Shown here in pieces: positions 61,195-64,000 of a stretch of 64,000 bases of DNA. Numbering within the stretch: the stretch's first letter is position 1; every line of letters begins with the position of its first letter. The stretch comes from Longimicrobiales bacterium (GTDB lineage Bacteria > Gemmatimonadota > Gemmatimonadetes > Longimicrobiales > Gaopeijiaceae). The stretch spans positions 2,880,001 through 2,944,000 of the forward strand of contig OZ250165.1 of NCBI GenBank assembly GCA_965238005.1, written 5' to 3'. Position numbers and translations under genes: made by a program. A model generated the notes under the pieces. That model was not told the origin of the DNA, did not search any database, and worked only from the letters and a program-made list of their open reading frames with translations.

Positions 61195-62901
61195 ATGAAC
61201 GATCTCGCGACGCTGCTGGCCGTGGCACGAGGCGATCGACCCGCGGACATTCGGCTCACGAATGCGCGCGTCGTGAACGTGCTGACGGAAGAGGTGGAAG
61301 AGACGGACATAACCCTCGCGGGCCCCTGGATCGCGGGGGTCGGCCCCGGATACGAGGCCGAAGAAACTCTGGACCTGGCCGGGCAGTTCATGCTCCCCGG
61401 CTTCATCGATGCGCACGTTCATATCGAGTCGAGCCTCGCGACTCCCCCCGAGTTCGCCCAGGCCGTCGTCCCCCGGGGTACGACCACCGTGGTCTCCGAT
61501 CCCCACGAGATCGCTAACGTGCACGGGCTGGAGGGCATCCTGTACATGCTCGCGGCCAGCGAAGGGCTGCCCCTCACCACCTTCGTGATGGCCAGCTCGT
61601 GCGTGCCGGCGACCCATATGGGCACGGCGGGAGCGGTTCTGGACGCGGATGACCTCGCCTCTCTGGATCACCCTCGGGTGCTGGGCCTGGCCGAGCTAAT
61701 GAACTTCCCCGGCGCCATTCACGGAACCCCGGACGTCCTGGCGAAGCTGGCGGCCTTCAGCGGGCGCGTGGTGGATGGACACGCCCCCGGAGTCAGCGGC
61801 AAGGCACTGAACGCCTACGTGGCCTCGGGCCCCCGGTCCGACCACGAGTGCACGACCGCCGAAGAGGCGCTCGAGAAACTGCGTCGCGGTCTATGGGTGT
61901 TCTTTCGCGAGGCGACCAATGCCAGGAACCTGTTGGCGCTTCTCCCCGCTCTGTCACCGCGTTCGCGCCGACGGATCGCCCTGTGTACCGATGATCGCCA
62001 GCCTGCCGACCTCTTGGACGAGGGAGGCATCGACGGAATGCTCAGGACCCTCATCGCCGAGGGGGTCGATCCCATCGAGGCCATCGGCCTGGCCACACTG
62101 AACCCCGCCGAGTACTTCGGACTCCACGACCGGGGCGCCATAGCTCCGGGACGCCGGGCAGACCTGGTCATCGTCTCGTCGCTTTTCGACCTGCAGGCGC
62201 GCTCCGTGTTCTCTGGTGGGAAGCTGGTAGCGGGGGACGGGAGGGCCCTGTGGTCGCCGGCGGCCTCCCCTTCCCCACCGACGCCCGCCATGGCCGTGAG
62301 GGACGACGCCATCGACTTCTCCATCCCACGGCAAGCCGGACGGGCGAGGGTCATCAGGGCCATCCCAGATCAGATCGTGACCGGCACGGAGATCGTGGCA
62401 CCCTCCACCGAGGGGGGCGAGGTGGTCACGGACACCGACCGGGATCTACTCAAGATCGCAGTGGTGGAACGTCACAGCGGAAGCGGACGTGTGGGCCTGG
62501 GCCTCGTCACGGGAATCGGCCTTCACAAGGGCGCGATCGCCGGAACGGTGGCCCACGACCATCACAACATCATCGTGATCGGCGTGGATGACGGATCCAT
62601 GCGAAGCGCGGTCCGGGCGGTGGCGGACCTCGAGGGCGGTCTGGCCGTCACGGAGGGTGATGAGGTCCTGGCGGTGCTGCCCTTGCCGGTGGGCGGACTC
62701 ATGTCCGAGGCGCCCATCGAAGAGATCAGGGCTTCCCTGGACAAGGTCGTGGAGTCGGCCCGGGCCCTCGGATCGCCCCTGCACGACCCGTTCATGGCCA
62801 TGTCCTTCCTGGGCCTCGAAGTGATCCCGACTTTGAAGATCACCGATCTTGGGCTGGTGGACGTTGAAGCCTTCGAACCGGTGGATCTCTGGGTCGACTA
62901 G
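61195..62901 (+). CDS. ade: Adenine deaminase
   Basis: PGFIDAHVHIESS, DPHEIANV, DGHAPG, DHEC, TDD, AHDHHN; ORF open from 61168. Confidence 0.95.
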   Translation: MNDLATLLAVARGDRPADIRLTNARVVNVLTEEVEETDITLAGPWIAGVGPGYEAEETLDLAGQFMLPGFIDAHVHIESSLATPPEFAQAVVPRGTTTVVSDPHEIANVHGLEGILYMLAASEGLPLTTFVMASSCVPATHMGTAGAVLDADDLASLDHPRVLGLAELMNFPGAIHGTPDVLAKLAAFSGRVVDGHAPGVSGKALNAYVASGPRSDHECTTAEEALEKLRRGLWVFFREATNARNLLALLPALSPRSRRRIALCTDDRQPADLLDEGGIDGMLRTLIAEGVDPIEAIGLATLNPAEYFGLHDRGAIAPGRRADLVIVSSLFDLQARSVFSGGKLVAGDGRALWSPAASPSPPTPAMAVRDDAIDFSIPRQAGRARVIRAIPDQIVTGTEIVAPSTEGGEVVTDTDRDLLKIAVVERHSGSGRVGLGLVTGIGLHKGAIAGTVAHDHHNIIVIGVDDGSMRSAVRAVADLEGGLAVTEGDEVLAVLPLPVGGLMSEAPIEEIRASLDKVVESARALGSPLHDPFMAMSFLGLEVIPTLKITDLGLVDVEAFEPVDLWVD

Positions 62902-63082
62902 TGTTCCGTTTCCGAAGTTCGCGAGCCACCAAGAGGGTCGGGGCGCCGTGGGATCAAGGCGGGACGACGCGGCGTAGCGCACGCGGGCACCGCGCGAAGC
63001 GTGGTCGTAAGGAGTCCCAACGCCGAGCCCACGGATGCACCGCGCCCTCGACTGGCCGAGACACTTTGGTAACGGGACGCTA
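62899..63082. mobile_element. MITE copy 3 (184 bp, longest)
   Basis: TIRs TAGTGTTCCGTTTCCGAAGT / ACTTTGGTAACGGGACGCTA; interior is a nested imperfect palindrome. Confidence 0.88.
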
Positions 63083-63101
63083 AGTGCGCCCGGAACGCCG
63101 C

Positions 63102-63734
63102 CTACGGCCGCTCGAGGATCTTGACCTCTCCCAGTAGCGTGTAGGCCGAGCCCCACAGTCTCCCCACCGGCCTCAACGCCTCGGTGTCCACGAAGGCCGA
63201 GCCCTCGATGGTCGGAAGCGTCGGGTCCAGTCGAACGGCCGTGACCTCGCCGATGACCAGGCTTCCCGTGCCGTCGAGGTCCACCTCCTTGAAGAGCCGG
63301 CACTCGAGAACGGCTGGGCAGTTCGCCACGTACGGCGCCTCCACGGACTCCGCCTCCGCCACCGCCAAGCCGGCGAAGGCGAACTCGTCCTGATCGGAAG
63401 GCAGGCTCGCCGCGGTCTGGTTCATGTCCGCCAGCTGCCCCTCGGTGACGACGTTCACGCAGAATGCACCCCGGTGGCGGATGTTCCGGAGCGAGTCCTT
63501 GGCGACACCGCGACGTGTGCCGATGGACAGGCTGACCAGCATGGGCGACGCGGAGATGGCAGCGAAGAAGCTGAAGGGAGCCACGTTGAGTGTCGCGTCT
63601 TCTCCGCGAGTGGAAACCCATCCGATGGGTCGGGGGACCACGAGGGAGGTGAGGAGTTGGTACCGCTCGACACCATCTATGGCCGCGGTGGAGATGACCC
63701 TATGCCGGATCTCCTCCGACGGGTCGTGGGTCAA
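63102..63734 (-). CDS. Flavin reductase family (DIM6/NTAB) protein
   Basis: VVPRPIGWVST, NVAPFSFF, KDSLRNI, VGRLWG. Confidence 0.9.
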   Translation of the reverse strand: MTHDPSEEIRHRVISTAAIDGVERYQLLTSLVVPRPIGWVSTRGEDATLNVAPFSFFAAISASPMLVSLSIGTRRGVAKDSLRNIRHRGAFCVNVVTEGQLADMNQTAASLPSDQDEFAFAGLAVAEAESVEAPYVANCPAVLECRLFKEVDLDGTGSLVIGEVTAVRLDPTLPTIEGSAFVDTEALRPVGRLWGSAYTLLGEVKILERP

Positions 63735-63738
63735 CCCA

Positions 63739-64000
63739 TCACCTCGACGGGACGGTCAGCACCTGACCGGCGAAGATTCGGCTTCCTTGGATCCCGTTTG
63801 TGGACCGCAGTCGGGAGACCGTGGTGTCGTGTCGCCGGGCGATAGTCCAGAGCGAGTCCCCGTTCCGGACCGTATACCGCATCGGGCTGGCTATCTGATC
63901 CCCCGAGCGCCCACGAGAGACGAGGTTCGCCACGTATTCGCCGTACTGGCGTGGAAAGACCGCCACATGATAGTGGGACGGGGCGCGCTCCTGGGTAGCC
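63739..64000 (-). CDS. LysM-domain protein, 5' end outside window (upstream part DUF5715-like)
   Basis: Open frame from edge ATQERAPSHYHVAVFP..YTVRNGDSLWTIARRH..IFAGQVLTVP*. Confidence 0.85.
   Translation of the reverse strand, partial: ATQERAPSHYHVAVFPRQYGEYVANLVSRGRSGDQIASPMRYTVRNGDSLWTIARRHDTTVSRLRSTNGIQGSRIFAGQVLTVPSR

Noticed and set aside
39600..63082. Repeats considered as CRISPR repeats
   Set aside because: Dispersed over 23 kb, no spacers, no cas genes; TIR structure fits a MITE

Overview
High-GC bacterial DNA with two distinct parts. Bases ~1-11.8 kb form an eroding catabolic/uptake block: a peptide-type ABC transporter, CocE/NonD hydrolase, amidohydrolase, M14 deacylase and SDR, interleaved with gene remnants and IS1380/IS6 relics. 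It looks unlike the rest of the window and may be an acquired island or an assembly join. Bases ~12-64 kb resemble a Gemmatimonadota/Acidobacteriota-type chromosome (inferred from gene content only). This part carries a Tat-exported xanthine-oxidase-family molybdoenzyme with a cytochrome b, a TetR-TolC-HlyD-ABC efflux operon, a kinase-M23-class III aminotransferase fusion coupled to an Aur1-like phosphotransferase, mtnA, ade, and an 18-kb type IV pilus locus. The best candidate for an undescribed system lies in that locus: a polyprenol-phosphate glycosyltransferase plus two TMTC-like (GT-C/TPR) membrane glycosyltransferases between pilS/pilR and two pilA genes, suggesting TMTC-type pilin O-glycosylation. 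The locus also has a truncated pilM and two frameshifted pilX paralogues. A hairpin-forming IS630-type MITE occurs three times, each copy overlapping a TAG stop codon. No rRNA, tRNA or CRISPR array was seen. All calls come from motif recognition by eye; no searches were run.
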